From assembly GCA_046713235.1 (NCBI GenBank), contig JBKKBZ010000125.1:6573-70572 (forward strand): DNA of 64,000 bases. Reading direction: 5' to 3'. Below the pieces are notes generated by a model that was given only the letters and a program-made list of their open reading frames with translations, was not told the origin of the DNA and made no database searches. Shown piece by piece: positions 50,000 through 60,678 of this stretch. Every line of letters starts with the position of its first letter. The first letter of the stretch is position 1. Both the position numbers and the translations under genes were made by a program. The stretch is from Actinomycetota bacterium (GTDB lineage: Bacteria > Actinomycetota > AC-67).

Positions 50000-50869
50000 A
50001 TGAAGGAGCGAATCGTACGGCGCCTGGTAGCGGTGATCGCGGCGGGAGTGCTTGCCACGGCGGTTGGGTGCGGAACCACCGACCGCATCGAATCTACCCC
50101 CGATAAAAAACCGGCGTTCAGTACGGTCAAGTCCGGAGTCCTCACGATCGGTTCGGACATCCCCTATCCGCCCTTCGAGTTCAAGGACAAGGGTGGGAAG
50201 CTGGTCGGATTCGACGTCGAGCTCTTCGACGCGGTGGCCACCGATCTCGGGTACAAGACCGAGTGGGTCGACGTTGTCTACGACACGATCTTCACGACGC
50301 TGGCGAGCGGTCGCTTCGATGTGGTCGTGTCCTCGGTGACGGCCTACGCACCCGCAGGGTCGCCGGCGTCAAAGGACGTCGAGGATCGGAGGAAGATCGT
50401 TGCGTTCTCCAAGGCTTACTATTCCTCTCTCCAATCGCTGGCCGTCAACAAGAAGAGGAGTCCCAATCTGACGTCCACCGAAGGACTGAAGCGTGGGGAC
50501 CGCGTCGGGGTGCAGTCCGGTACGACGGGGGAGTCGTGGGCCAAGCAGAACCTCGAATCGAGCGGCGTCGTGCTCGTAAAGTTCCCGAAGGCGCCGGCCA
50601 TGTTCCAGTCGCTCGAGGCCGGTCAGCTCGTGGGGATCGTCAACGATCTCCCAGTCTCCCTGGATGCGATCAAGAGCAAGCCGGACCTCGGGGTGGTCCA
50701 GCAGATCGAAACCGGTGAGCAGTACGGTGTGGCCATTCGCAAGGAAAACCCAAACCTCGTGACGGCCGTCGACCGCGTGCTGGACAAGTTGTTCGGGAAC
50801 GGAACTTACGCGCGGATATTCAAGAAGTACTTCCCCGACCAGAAGCTTCCGTCGTACGCGAAGGTGTAG
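50000..50869 (+). CDS. Polar amino acid ABC transporter substrate-binding lipoprotein (family 3 SBP)
   Basis: An ATG at 50000 lies 7 nt after the RBS GAGGGAGG. The ORF-track TTG at 49994 has no spacing to the RBS. Lipobox AVGCG. Type II PBP fold. Confidence 0.8.
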   Translation: MKERIVRRLVAVIAAGVLATAVGCGTTDRIESTPDKKPAFSTVKSGVLTIGSDIPYPPFEFKDKGGKLVGFDVELFDAVATDLGYKTEWVDVVYDTIFTTLASGRFDVVVSSVTAYAPAGSPASKDVEDRRKIVAFSKAYYSSLQSLAVNKKRSPNLTSTEGLKRGDRVGVQSGTTGESWAKQNLESSGVVLVKFPKAPAMFQSLEAGQLVGIVNDLPVSLDAIKSKPDLGVVQQIETGEQYGVAIRKENPNLVTAVDRVLDKLFGNGTYARIFKKYFPDQKLPSYAKV

Positions 50870-50902
50870 CGTCTCCACGGGCCTCGTGGCCGGTGTGGGG
50901 AG

Positions 50903-51982
50903 GTGGCCAACGTGACCCTTGAAGCCGCGCCGGTGCGTGGTCTCACGCGCCTGCGACGAGAGAGCACGCCGCTCGCGCTATCCACGGCCGCGGCCGGGGG
51001 ACTCGGCCTCGCGATGGTCCTCCTCGGCCCCGCCGTGACCTTGACGGCAGGCGGGTTGACCCCCGTGGCCTCGATTGTCGAGGGCCTCCGGTCTACAGGT
51101 TTCCGCGCTGTGATCTTCGCCGGGATGGCCGTCGGGGGAGTTGGGGTCGCGCTCGGTGCTGCCATCTACCGGGCAATGCCGACGAAGCTGGCTCGGGAAG
51201 AGTCCGTCGCCGGCGCGGTGCTCGGTGCGCAGGCGGCTGCGGTGGGAGCGCTCCTCCTGCTCTTCGTAACCCGCGGCGACGTAGAGGTATTCGCTCGCAA
51301 CTTTCTCGACTTCGACGCAGTGGGGCCGCAGATCTCAGCGTTTCTGAACGGGGCCAAGAACACGGTGTTCCTCGCGGTGACGGGGGAGGCCGTCGGCGCC
51401 GTTCTCGGGCTCGCTTTGGCAATCTTCGCGATCTCCAAGCGGGCCGTGGTTCGTGCCCCGGCGCGCGTGTACATCAACTTCTTTCGAGGGACGCCGCTGC
51501 TCTGGCAACTCTCGTTCGGCTACTTCGCTCTCCTGGCGATCAAGGTTGAGCTGTCGACCTACACGGTCGCCATTCTCGTCTTCGGCTTGAACACGGCCGC
51601 CTACGCCGCAGAGGTGTTTCGGGCCGGCATCCAGTCCATCGAACGAGGGCAGCTCGAGGCCGCCAGGAGCCTCGGCATGTCGTATGCGCAGGCGATGAGG
51701 TACACGGTCGTGCCTCAGGCGTTCCGTCGAGTAATCCCCCCGCTACTGAACGAGTTCGTGATCCTCATCAAGGACACTTCGCTGGTGATCTTTCTGGGCC
51801 TCACCGATGCACAACGAGAACTCATGTCCGTCGGGCAGCAGGGGTACGCGAACAGCTTCAACGCGACGTTCTTCGTGGCCACGGCGCTCGGGTACCTTGC
51901 GGTGAGCCTGCCGCTGATCCGGCTGGTGAACGTTGTGGAGCGGCGGCTCCGCAGCGGGCTCGTGGGTGTGACTGCCGCGTGA
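50903..51982 (+). CDS. Polar amino acid ABC transporter permease with ~140-aa N-terminal membrane extension
   Basis: The C-terminal half carries the His/Gln/Arg/opine permease signature ([29 protein letters not shown]). The N-terminal extension has two or three extra TM helices. Confidence 0.8.
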   Translation: MANVTLEAAPVRGLTRLRRESTPLALSTAAAGGLGLAMVLLGPAVTLTAGGLTPVASIVEGLRSTGFRAVIFAGMAVGGVGVALGAAIYRAMPTKLAREESVAGAVLGAQAAAVGALLLLFVTRGDVEVFARNFLDFDAVGPQISAFLNGAKNTVFLAVTGEAVGAVLGLALAIFAISKRAVVRAPARVYINFFRGTPLLWQLSFGYFALLAIKVELSTYTVAILVFGLNTAAYAAEVFRAGIQSIERGQLEAARSLGMSYAQAMRYTVVPQAFRRVIPPLLNEFVILIKDTSLVIFLGLTDAQRELMSVGQQGYANSFNATFFVATALGYLAVSLPLIRLVNVVERRLRSGLVGVTAA

Positions 51983-52716
51983 CCCAGGATCCGCTCGTTC
52001 GTCTCGAGGGTGTCCATAAGTGGTTTGGAAGCCTGCACGTGCTCCGGGGCGTCGATCTCTCGGTGGCCTCGGCCGAGGTCGTCTGCGTCATCGGACCGTC
52101 CGGATCGGGCAAGTCCACACTCCTGAGATGTGTGAACATGCTCGAAGAGCCGGCGTCCGGCAGGGTGATGTTCGACGGGATGGATCTCACCGACATCCGG
52201 ACGGATCTCAACAGCGCCAGAACGAGCATCGGCATCGTGTTCCAAGCCTTCAACCTCTTCCCGCACATGACCGTGGAGCGGAATCTCACCATCGCCCTGG
52301 AAGTCGTGCTCGGACTCCGCGCCGGCGAGGCTCGCGAGCGCGCGCTGGCCGAGCTGCGGCACGTCGGTCTCCAGACGAAAACCGGCGCTTATCCCGGACA
52401 CCTGTCGGGGGGCGAGCAGCAGCGTGTGGCCATCGCTCGCGCACTGGCCATGCGACCGAAGCTAATGCTGTTTGACGAGGTCACCTCGGCACTCGACCCC
52501 GAGCTCGTGACCGAGGTGCTCGATGTGATGAAGCGCCTCGCCTCGGAGGGAATGACGATGATCGTTGTGACCCATGAGATGGGATTCGCGCGCGAAGTTG
52601 CCGATCGGGTGGTCTTCATGGACGACGGGATTGTTCTTGAAGAGGGTACGCCCGGTCAGGTGCTGGGCGAGCCTCGGCACGAGCGAACGCGCTCCTTCAT
52701 CGCCAGGGTCCTCTAG
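51979..52716 (+). CDS. Polar amino acid ABC transporter ATP-binding protein (GlnQ-like)
   Basis: Walker [13 protein letters not shown] signature LSGGEQQRV, Walker [15 protein letters not shown]. Confidence 0.9.
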   Translation: MTQDPLVRLEGVHKWFGSLHVLRGVDLSVASAEVVCVIGPSGSGKSTLLRCVNMLEEPASGRVMFDGMDLTDIRTDLNSARTSIGIVFQAFNLFPHMTVERNLTIALEVVLGLRAGEARERALAELRHVGLQTKTGAYPGHLSGGEQQRVAIARALAMRPKLMLFDEVTSALDPELVTEVLDVMKRLASEGMTMIVVTHEMGFAREVADRVVFMDDGIVLEEGTPGQVLGEPRHERTRSFIARVL

Positions 52717-52951
52717 AAAGCGCGGGAGAAAAGCAAGAGCCCGTCGTCACCGTCGAAACCACTCGCGCCTTCCCCAAACGCAAGCGACTCGCCGGGACTT
52801 CGGGCTCTGCCGATCGAACGTCTGACCGTTCGACCTGCGGGACGTTAGCAATCGCCCGAGTGGGCGTCAACTGGCGTGCGACGACGCGCGCGCTTGTCGA
52901 CACCCCTTTCTGCCGCTGTGTCAAGTTGGCGTCACATGTTGCCCACCGCAC

Positions 52952-53677
52952 GTGACGATCGACGACATAGGGGTGCGCCATCAAGGGCTATACTCGCGCC
53001 TTGTGGGAGGAAAGACGGCGGACGCGCACGGCGCGGAAGAATATCTCGAGGCGATTTACGAGCTGGCCGAGGAAGGCGTGCGCGTCGCGCAGGCACGGAT
53101 CGCCGAGCGATTGGGAGTTTCTCGCCCGGCGGTCTCCGAACAGATCAAGCGCCTCGGCCGGCTGAAGCTGGTCGGCGTGGATTCCGATCGAACCATCACG
53201 CTGACCACGGAGGGACATCGCGTTGCCGAGGAGGCGGTCCGCCGCCACCGAATGACGGAGCGTTTCCTCACCGATGTTCTGAAGCTTCCCTGGCATCTGG
53301 CTCACGAGGAAGCCAATCGCTTCCAGACGGGGATCACCGATGAGATCGAGCGGCGAATGCTCGAGATGCTCGGAGGCCCGGCGACGTGCCCTCACGGCAA
53401 TCCTATTCCCGGAACCGGCGCAGAGTTCCGTACGGATCTGAGTCCGCTCAATGAGATCCAAGCCGGAGACGAAGTCGTGCTCGAGCGGCTTCTCGAGGAC
53501 GTGGAGCTGCACACGGAGGTCTTGCGGTACTTCGAGGAACACGGTCTGATGCCGGGTGCCCGCCTGCGGGTCATCGAGATCGCTGCCGATGGAACGCGAA
53601 CGGTACGTGTGGGGCGCCGGGAAGCCACCCTGACCGCCGATCTCGCCGACAATCTGTGGGTTCGTCCGGCCGGGTAG
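52952..53677 (+). CDS. DtxR/IdeR/MntR-family metal-dependent transcriptional regulator with C-terminal SH3-like/FeoA domain (start uncertain)
   Basis: The DtxR HTH region reads EEYLEAIYELAEEGVRVAQARIAERLGVSRPAVSEQIKRL. Metal-site residues are in a dimerisation domain. The C-terminal ~70 aa are FeoA-like. Canonical DtxR proteins start nearer EEYLEAIYEL, so ~25 N-terminal codons may be extra. Confidence 0.75.
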   Translation: MTIDDIGVRHQGLYSRLVGGKTADAHGAEEYLEAIYELAEEGVRVAQARIAERLGVSRPAVSEQIKRLGRLKLVGVDSDRTITLTTEGHRVAEEAVRRHRMTERFLTDVLKLPWHLAHEEANRFQTGITDEIERRMLEMLGGPATCPHGNPIPGTGAEFRTDLSPLNEIQAGDEVVLERLLEDVELHTEVLRYFEEHGLMPGARLRVIEIAADGTRTVRVGRREATLTADLADNLWVRPAG

Positions 53678-56322
53678 ACCCGTCGAGCGACGTGGCCCGA
53701 GCGATCGAAGCCGAGCGCCCGCAGGTGTTGTTGCTGGACGGCCATTCTCTGGCCTACCGGGCGTTCTTTGCCCTGCCGCCGGATCTTGCAACCAAGACCG
53801 GTCAGGTGACCAACGCCGTTTACGGCTTCACCTCGATGCTGATCAAGCTTCTAAGTGATCAGAAGACGGATCGCATCGCCGTGGCCTTCGACGTCGGCCG
53901 ACCGACTGTGCGCCTGGCGGAGTTTGCCGAATACAAAGCGGGTAGACGGGAAACACCCGACGACTTCCGGTCCCAACTTCCCATTCTTCAGGAAGTCCTC
54001 TCCGCACTGGCAATCCCTGTCTTGACTGTGCCCGAACACGAAGCGGACGACGTGCTCGCTACCCTTGCGCGGCAGGTCTGTGAAGCCGGCATGCAGGCGA
54101 TGATCGTCACGGCCGACCGGGACTTTCTTCAGATGGTCCGGCCCGGGATTTCCGTGCTCTCGACGCGCCAGGGCATCAGCGACATGAAGCTCTACGACGC
54201 AGCCGCAGTCGAGGAACGATTCGGCTTGCCGCCGGAGAAGTACGTCGATCTCGTGTCCCTGAGGGGCGACCCTTCAGACAACCTCCCGGGGATTCCCGGA
54301 GTCGGCGACAAGACGGCAGCGGAGCTGGTACGCCGGTTCGGTTCCGTCGAGGCCATGTATGAGGATCTCGACGCACTGCCGGCGCGCGCGCGCCGTCTCC
54401 GGGACAACATTGAGAACGCCCGGGAGAACGTGTTGCGAAACAAGCGGCTTGCCCGGCTCGTGGACGATCTCCCGCTTGATATCGGACTCGAGGATGTGCG
54501 TATGGGGGACTGGGATCTCGAGAGGATTCGCACGCTGTTTCTTTCTCTTGAGTTCCGCACCCTTCTGGAGCGTTTGCCGGAGGTTCGGGCCGGGCCGGTG
54601 CCGGACGCCGCCCCGGCGGTGCTTGTGCGGACGGTCGGGGAAGGTCTCGATGAAGTCCGAGGCCTGATTGGAGCGGGCGGGCGACTCGCGGTCGCCGGCC
54701 CGGAGCCCGACGGCGGGGCGGCACTCGCTGCAGGGGGTGAAGAGGCACTCTGGGTCGAGAATTTCTCCGCTGTGTCGCCGCTGCTGGCCGCTGCCTCGGC
54801 ACGTATCGTCGCCCACGGCGCCAAGCAATTGGTTCGCGTCCTCGGCGGGCACGGGGGAGCGGCAAGCGTGGTGTTCGACACCGAGATCGCGGCCTACCTT
54901 CTCGACCCAGCTGCCGGCACGTACGATCTCGAAGGTTTGTCGCACCGCTATCTCGGGCGTGATCTTCCCGTCCCGAAGCCGGGCGACGGCGCCCAGCTCT
55001 CCCTGGAGGTTGGGGAAAGCGCACGCTCGGAATCAGCCGGCGCGCGCGCGGCGGCGCTTCTGCCGCTGGCCGAGAGGATGGAGGCCGAGCTTGAGCGGCT
55101 CGGCATGCTGGCGCTCTATCGGGATGTCGAGCTTCCCCTCGTGTCCGTGCTGGCTCGCATGGAGTCGGCCGGGGTTGCCATAGATGAGGAGCTGCTGCGA
55201 TCCCGTTCCGCCGAGCTCGGGGTCGAGATCGCGTCGCTGGAAGAGGAGTGTTATCGGCAGGCGGGCGGGCCGTTCAACCTGAACTCGCCGCCGCAACTTC
55301 GCGAGGTGCTGTTCGAACGGCTGGGATTGACTCCCGGACGGCGAACGAAAACCGGCTTCTCCACCGATGCGCAGGCGCTGGAATCCCTGCGCGACGCCCA
55401 CCCCATCGTGGAGTCGCTTTTGCGCTATCGGGAGCTGTCGAAGCTCAAATCGACGTATCTCGACGCATTGCCTCGCTTGATCGATGCCGCGACCGGACGG
55501 CTGCATCCGGTGATCCATCAAACGGTGGCGACGACCGGCCGGCTGTCGACGAGCGATCCCAACATCCAGAACATCCCCGTTCGGACCGAGCTGGGACGCA
55601 TGATCAGGCGCGCGTTCATCGCGCCATCCGGCCGAGTACTGCTCGTCGCCGACTACTCGCAAATCGAGCTTCGGGTCCTTGCCCACGTAACGAAGGATCC
55701 CGGCCTCGTCGAGGCATTCGAGCGAGGCGACGACATCCACGCGGCAACGGCGTCCAAGGTGTGGGGATTCCCGGTCGAGGATGTGCCGCGCGATCTTCGT
55801 AGCCGCGCAAAGATGATCAACTACGGTTTGTCCTACGGGATGAGCCCGTTCGGCCTCGCCCAGCGCCTCGGCATTCCCTCGGATGAGGCGGCCGCGTTCA
55901 TCACCGCGTATTTCGGGGGATTTCCTCTCGTGCGCGAGTTCATGGAGCGTGTGGTGCGGGAGGCATATCGCGACGGCTACACGGTGACGCTTCTGGGGCG
56001 GCGGCGCTACCTTCCGGAGCTCGAGAGCACCAACCCCCGTATTCGATCCCTCGGCGAGCGTCAGGCACTGAATGCGCCGATCCAAGGATCGGCGGCCGAC
56101 ATCATCAAGCTGGCAATGCTTGCCGCCGACCGCGAACTCGATCCCGCCGACGCCCGGATGGTCCTGTCCATCCACGATGAGCTCGTGTTCGAGGTCCCGA
56201 TTCATCGCCTGACCGACACCTTGGAACGGGTCCGCTCGTTGATGGAGCAGGTCTTTCCCCTGGATGTTCCGCTGGTTGTGGATCTGTCGTCGGGGAACAA
56301 CTGGGCCGATGCCAAGGGCTGA
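53656..56322 (+). CDS. polA: DNA polymerase I PolA (5'-3' exonuclease + 3'-5' exo-like + polymerase)
   Basis: The 5' nuclease N-terminus reads LLLDGHSLAYRAFFAL. Pol A motifs A, B and C are present in the C-terminus (DYSQIELR; RRxAKxxNYG; SIHDE). 888 aa. Confidence 0.93.
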   Translation: MGSSGRVDPSSDVARAIEAERPQVLLLDGHSLAYRAFFALPPDLATKTGQVTNAVYGFTSMLIKLLSDQKTDRIAVAFDVGRPTVRLAEFAEYKAGRRETPDDFRSQLPILQEVLSALAIPVLTVPEHEADDVLATLARQVCEAGMQAMIVTADRDFLQMVRPGISVLSTRQGISDMKLYDAAAVEERFGLPPEKYVDLVSLRGDPSDNLPGIPGVGDKTAAELVRRFGSVEAMYEDLDALPARARRLRDNIENARENVLRNKRLARLVDDLPLDIGLEDVRMGDWDLERIRTLFLSLEFRTLLERLPEVRAGPVPDAAPAVLVRTVGEGLDEVRGLIGAGGRLAVAGPEPDGGAALAAGGEEALWVENFSAVSPLLAAASARIVAHGAKQLVRVLGGHGGAASVVFDTEIAAYLLDPAAGTYDLEGLSHRYLGRDLPVPKPGDGAQLSLEVGESARSESAGARAAALLPLAERMEAELERLGMLALYRDVELPLVSVLARMESAGVAIDEELLRSRSAELGVEIASLEEECYRQAGGPFNLNSPPQLREVLFERLGLTPGRRTKTGFSTDAQALESLRDAHPIVESLLRYRELSKLKSTYLDALPRLIDAATGRLHPVIHQTVATTGRLSTSDPNIQNIPVRTELGRMIRRAFIAPSGRVLLVADYSQIELRVLAHVTKDPGLVEAFERGDDIHAATASKVWGFPVEDVPRDLRSRAKMINYGLSYGMSPFGLAQRLGIPSDEAAAFITAYFGGFPLVREFMERVVREAYRDGYTVTLLGRRRYLPELESTNPRIRSLGERQALNAPIQGSAADIIKLAMLAADRELDPADARMVLSIHDELVFEVPIHRLTDTLERVRSLMEQVFPLDVPLVVDLSSGNNWADAKG

Positions 56323-56369
56323 AACGGACGGCCCTAAAGCGGACCAGCGACTCTTTCGGACGGACCGGA

Positions 56370-58397
56370 ATGGCCCGAAGGAAGGATCGCTTGCGGCTCG
56401 AAAGGGTGGCAGCATCAGAAACAGCGCGATCCCGACCGAGACGGGCGCGGCCGTCGAAGGAGGAGATCGTGCAGGGCGGAGTCCAATCACTCGGGCAAGT
56501 TGAAGTCCTCACCCTCGCGCAAGCCGACGTTCTCGGCGTGCGAGAGCGCAGTCGCAAGAAACGACTGACCGTCCTTTTTGTCTTTCTCGGCCTCCCGACA
56601 TTCTTCCTTTGGTACCGGCTGGCGGACGGCCGTCCGTTCAATCTCTTCCAGCTCCCGAATTTCGGGAGCGACTGGATCATGTGGGCGCCGGCCCTCTTGC
56701 TCATGCTCGTGCTCGTCGGAGCGCTCGTGGGGCCGGTCCTCGGAAACGGCCGGTCTCCCCACGTGACGATGCGCCCGGAACAGATCGAAATCGGATTCGA
56801 GGATGTCAAGGGTCTGGACGGCATCGTCGACGAGGTGGTTCGAACGCTCAATGTCTTCCTTGGGTATGCGACGTTCCGTAAGGAGCTCGGAGGCAACCCG
56901 CGGCGGGGGCTTCTCTTCGAGGGACCCCCGGGAACCGGAAAGACCCATCTCGCCAAAGCGATGGCGCGCCACGCGGGCGTCCCGTTCCTCTACGTGTCGG
57001 GCCCGGCGTTCCAGTCGATGTGGTACGGGATGACGGCGCGAAAGATCCGCGCGTACTTCAAGGCCCTCCGCAAGACGGCCCGGAGGGAAGGCGGCGCCAT
57101 CGGGTTCATCGAGGAGATCGACGCCTTCGCAACCAGGCGCGGCGGCATGGAATCCTCCACTCCGTCGATGATCGCAGCGGCTGCCGCGGACGGGCGCTCC
57201 ACCGACGCGACCATGGCGTCGGGCACGGGCGGCACGGTAAACGAGCTGCTGATCCAGATGCAGTCGTTCGACACACCGCCGGGACTTCAGCGGTTTTTCG
57301 ATCGCCTCAAGGATCTGGTCAATAGTTTCCTTCCGCTTTCCCGGCAGCTGAAGAAAAAGCCTGCGCCGTACCACAACGTCTTGCTGATCGCGGCAACGAA
57401 CCGCGGCGACGTGCTCGACCCGGCCCTCCTGCGACCGGGGCGTTTCGATCGCCGGCTCTATTTCGACCTTCCCTCGCACGCCGGCCGGCGGGACCTGATC
57501 GACTACTTCCTTCACAAGAAGGCCCACGACCCGGGTCTCGATGGCGACCACCGGAGAGGGGAGCTGGCGGCGATGACATTCGGTTACACGCCGGTGATGG
57601 TCGAGCACTTGCTAGACGAGGCGCTCATCGTCGCTCTCCGCAACGGCCGCTCGGCGATGTCTTGGGAAGACGTGAATCGCGCCAAGCTCGTCGAGGAGAT
57701 CGGCATGCCGCACCCCGTCTCGTACACCCGGGACGAGCGCCGCCAGATCGCCACGCACGAGGCCGGTCACGCCGTGGTGGCGTACCTGGTGGGGGAGGGC
57801 CGGAAGCTCGACGTGCTCTCGATCATCAAGCGCCGGGATGCCCTGGGGCTCCTCGGCCATTCAGAGACCGAGGAGCGCTTCAGCCGGACGCGACTCGAGA
57901 TCGAGGCGCTGCTAACGATCTCACTCGCCGGCATGGCCGCCGAGGAGATCTTCGAGGGAGATGCCGGAACCGGGCCGGCCGGCGACTTGGCAACAGCGAC
58001 GAGAATCGCAGCGGAAATGGTTGGAGGGCTCGGGATGGCCGGGTCGCTGGTTTCGTTCCGGGCAGTGCCGGACGGGGTATTCGAACCCGATCTGGTGGGA
58101 AGGGTCCTGCAACACCAGGATGCGCGCCGGAAGGTGGAGCTGATTCTCCGGCGCGAGAAAGCAAGGGCACGGGCCCTGCTGGGGCGGAACCGAGGCCTCG
58201 TGCTTGCGTTGCGGGACGCCCTGCTCGACCGGGAGGAACTCATTGGCGACGAGATCACCGACGTTCTCGAGAAGGTGGGAGGATCGGCCGCGCAGCGGCG
58301 AGCGCGGACCGGGCGGCGGCGCTCTTCGGCCGGGTCTCGTGGGACTTCCACACGCGCAGCGTCCACCGCTCCGCTGAGGGGCCGCGGCGTCCGTTGA
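56370..58397 (+). CDS. FtsH-like membrane AAA+ ATPase / HEXXH zinc metalloprotease (divergent paralog)
   Basis: Two TM helices, then an AAA domain with Walker A GPPGTGKTH, Walker B IGFIEEID and SRH (TNRGDVLDPALLRPGRFDR). The zinc motif is HEAGHAV. There is an unusual ~70-aa insertion between Walker B and SRH. The C-terminus is Arg/Ser-rich. Confidence 0.7.
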   Translation: MARRKDRLRLERVAASETARSRPRRARPSKEEIVQGGVQSLGQVEVLTLAQADVLGVRERSRKKRLTVLFVFLGLPTFFLWYRLADGRPFNLFQLPNFGSDWIMWAPALLLMLVLVGALVGPVLGNGRSPHVTMRPEQIEIGFEDVKGLDGIVDEVVRTLNVFLGYATFRKELGGNPRRGLLFEGPPGTGKTHLAKAMARHAGVPFLYVSGPAFQSMWYGMTARKIRAYFKALRKTARREGGAIGFIEEIDAFATRRGGMESSTPSMIAAAAADGRSTDATMASGTGGTVNELLIQMQSFDTPPGLQRFFDRLKDLVNSFLPLSRQLKKKPAPYHNVLLIAATNRGDVLDPALLRPGRFDRRLYFDLPSHAGRRDLIDYFLHKKAHDPGLDGDHRRGELAAMTFGYTPVMVEHLLDEALIVALRNGRSAMSWEDVNRAKLVEEIGMPHPVSYTRDERRQIATHEAGHAVVAYLVGEGRKLDVLSIIKRRDALGLLGHSETEERFSRTRLEIEALLTISLAGMAAEEIFEGDAGTGPAGDLATATRIAAEMVGGLGMAGSLVSFRAVPDGVFEPDLVGRVLQHQDARRKVELILRREKARARALLGRNRGLVLALRDALLDREELIGDEITDVLEKVGGSAAQRRARTGRRRSSAGSRGTSTRAASTAPLRGRGVR

Positions 58398-58537
58398 CAC
58401 CTGTTCGCAAGCGAACGTAGACTGCCCGCGCCTGTACGGGCAGGGCTGCCGCTGTCGGCGCCTCGAAGTTGAGGCTGTGATTGGCGGCCCGAAACTACGC
58501 CCATCGGGTAATCTCGTAATCGGAGGCGGGCCCAAGG

Positions 58538-59905
58538 GTGGCCAATTTCCTCCGGAAAGGACTGAAACGGGGAGTGCTGGAGAGCGAAAGGGCGCCGAGT
58601 GAGGGCGTAACCCACAACGACGTCGGCGACATGGATGCGCTGGCGGCGGCATACGAAGAGAGCATCAAACACTTCGACGAAGGCGACATCGTCTCCGGCA
58701 AGGTGGTCAAGGTCGACAAGGACGAAGTCCTTCTCGACATCGGATACAAGTCTGAGGGCGTCATTCCCGCCCGCGAGCTCACGATAAAGCAGGACGCCGA
58801 CCCACGTGAGGTCGTCAAGGTGGGCGACGAGATCGAGGCACTCGTCACCCAGAAGGAGGACAAGGAAGGCCGTCTCATCCTGTCCAAGAAGAAGGCGCAG
58901 TACGAGCGCGCCTGGGGGCAGATCGAAAAGGTCATGAACGAGGACGGCGTGGTCGAGGGAACCGTCATCGAAGTGGTCAAGGGCGGCCTGATTCTCGACA
59001 TCGGACTGCGCGGATTCCTCCCGGCCTCGCTCGTGGAAATGCGCCGCGTCCGCGATCTTCATCCCTACGTGGGCCGAAAGCTCGAGGCGAAGATCATCGA
59101 GCTCGATCGGAACCGGAACAACGTCGTGCTTTCGCGGCGCAAGCATCTCGAGGAGGCGCAATCGGAAGGGCGCAAGAAGTTCCTCGAAGACCTGGAAAAG
59201 GGCGAGGTGCGTAAGGGAACCATCTCGTCGATCGTCAACTTCGGAGCGTTCGTCGACCTCGGTGGTGTGGACGGGCTCGTGCACGTAAGCGAACTTTCCT
59301 GGAAGCACGTCGAGCATCCAAGCGAAGTCGTTCAGGTCGGCCAAGAAGTCGAGGTCGAGGTTCTCGACGTCGATCTCGAGCGCGACCGGATCTCTCTGTC
59401 CCTAAAGAAGACTCAGGAAGATCCGTGGCGGCAGTTCGCTCGGCTTCATCAATCGGGTGAGGTCATCGAGGGCGAGGTCACCAAGCTCGTTCCCTTCGGA
59501 GCCTTCGTGCGCGTGGCAGACGGTATCGAGGGACTGGTGCACATCTCCGAGCTCGCGCACCGCCATGTCGAGACGGCAGAGCAGGTCGTCAAGATCGGCG
59601 ACAAGGTGCAGGTGAAGATCATTGAGATCGATACCGAGCGCCGCCGGATTTCTCTGTCCATCCGACAGGCGACCGAGCCGGTGCCGGAGGAGGACGAGAT
59701 CACGCCCGAGCCTGAAGAAGCCGAGGAAGCTAAGGAAGAGGCGGCGGAGCCCGGACGGGATGTGCTCGAAGCGGCTATGGCCCCCGAGGTCGAGGCCGAG
59801 CGTGCGCCCGAAGAACCGGCCGACCCGCGCCAGACCCAGCCTCTCGGCGAGGAGACGATCGAGGCCATCGTGGCCGATCTGAAGCGCCGCGCCGGGCAGG
59901 AGTAA
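58538..59905 (+). CDS. rpsA: 30S ribosomal protein S1 (four S1 domains)
   Basis: Repeated S1 motifs are present (GDIVSGKVVKVD; GTVIEVVKGGLILDIG; GTISSIVNFGAFVDLG; GEVTKLVPFGAFVRV). The acidic C-terminus is retained. The start may lie a few codons downstream of 58538. Confidence 0.9.
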   Translation: MANFLRKGLKRGVLESERAPSEGVTHNDVGDMDALAAAYEESIKHFDEGDIVSGKVVKVDKDEVLLDIGYKSEGVIPARELTIKQDADPREVVKVGDEIEALVTQKEDKEGRLILSKKKAQYERAWGQIEKVMNEDGVVEGTVIEVVKGGLILDIGLRGFLPASLVEMRRVRDLHPYVGRKLEAKIIELDRNRNNVVLSRRKHLEEAQSEGRKKFLEDLEKGEVRKGTISSIVNFGAFVDLGGVDGLVHVSELSWKHVEHPSEVVQVGQEVEVEVLDVDLERDRISLSLKKTQEDPWRQFARLHQSGEVIEGEVTKLVPFGAFVRVADGIEGLVHISELAHRHVETAEQVVKIGDKVQVKIIEIDTERRRISLSIRQATEPVPEEDEITPEPEEAEEAKEEAAEPGRDVLEAAMAPEVEAERAPEEPADPRQTQPLGEETIEAIVADLKRRAGQE

Positions 59906-59922
59906 CCTCCAGCGCCCTTGCC

Positions 59923-60522
59923 GTGCTCCTCATCGGACTGACCGGCGGGATCGCAAGCGGAAAGAGCACCGTGGCACGTCTGCTCGCCGAACACGGAGCA
60001 GTCGTCGTCGACGCCGATGTGATCGCACGTGAGGTGGTGGCACCGGGAACCCCGGGACATCGCGCGATCCTGGAACGCTTTGGTCGGGACATTCTCGCGC
60101 CGGATGGTGCAATCGACCGGCCGGCGCTGGCGCGTCTTGCTTTCGCCGATGCGGCTGCGTTGGCCGATCTGAACGCCATCACCCACCCTGACGTGATGCG
60201 AGTCATTGCCGAACAAGTCGCTGCATACCGCGACACCGATCTGGTTGTGGTGGTTGAGGTTCCCCTGCTGGTCGAAACCGGGCTGGCGGGTGCCTTCGAC
60301 GAGGTGGTTGTCGTCGAGGCGTCGCCGGAGACCCAGCTTGCCCGTTTGGCGTGCGATCGGGCCATGACCGCAGAGCAGGCAAGCGAGCGCATCGCCGCCC
60401 AGGCGACGGCGGATCAACGCCGGGCGGTCGCCGCGACCATTCTTCACAACGATGGTTCCTTGGGTGAACTGGAGCGCGCCGTCGACGAGCTGTGGAACAG
60501 GTTCGTCGACGGAGCGCGATGA
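59923..60522 (+). CDS. coaE: Dephospho-CoA kinase CoaE (stand-alone, no UPF0157 extension)
   Basis: P-loop GLTGGIASGKST. 199 aa. Position after rpsA is conserved. Confidence 0.88.
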   Translation: MLLIGLTGGIASGKSTVARLLAEHGAVVVDADVIAREVVAPGTPGHRAILERFGRDILAPDGAIDRPALARLAFADAAALADLNAITHPDVMRVIAEQVAAYRDTDLVVVVEVPLLVETGLAGAFDEVVVVEASPETQLARLACDRAMTAEQASERIAAQATADQRRAVAATILHNDGSLGELERAVDELWNRFVDGAR

Positions 60523-60678
60523 ATTCGGTACCGACTCGTGACCATTTTCTTGAGCTTCGCTCGACTTTCGCCTTAAACCTTCAGCCGGGAAACAGGAGTC
60601 CTCGCGCAGCCGGAGAACACCTTCAGTCGTTGAATCAAGCAGCACCCGGCCGCCCGGCCGGGAGAGGGAAGGGGAACT

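Noticed and set aside
52814-52833. Possible LexA/SOS box (TCGAAC...GTTCGA)
   Set aside because: The spacer is 8 nt rather than the 4 nt of the actinobacterial SOS box, and there is no Cheo-box match. It is kept only as an unexplained palindrome.
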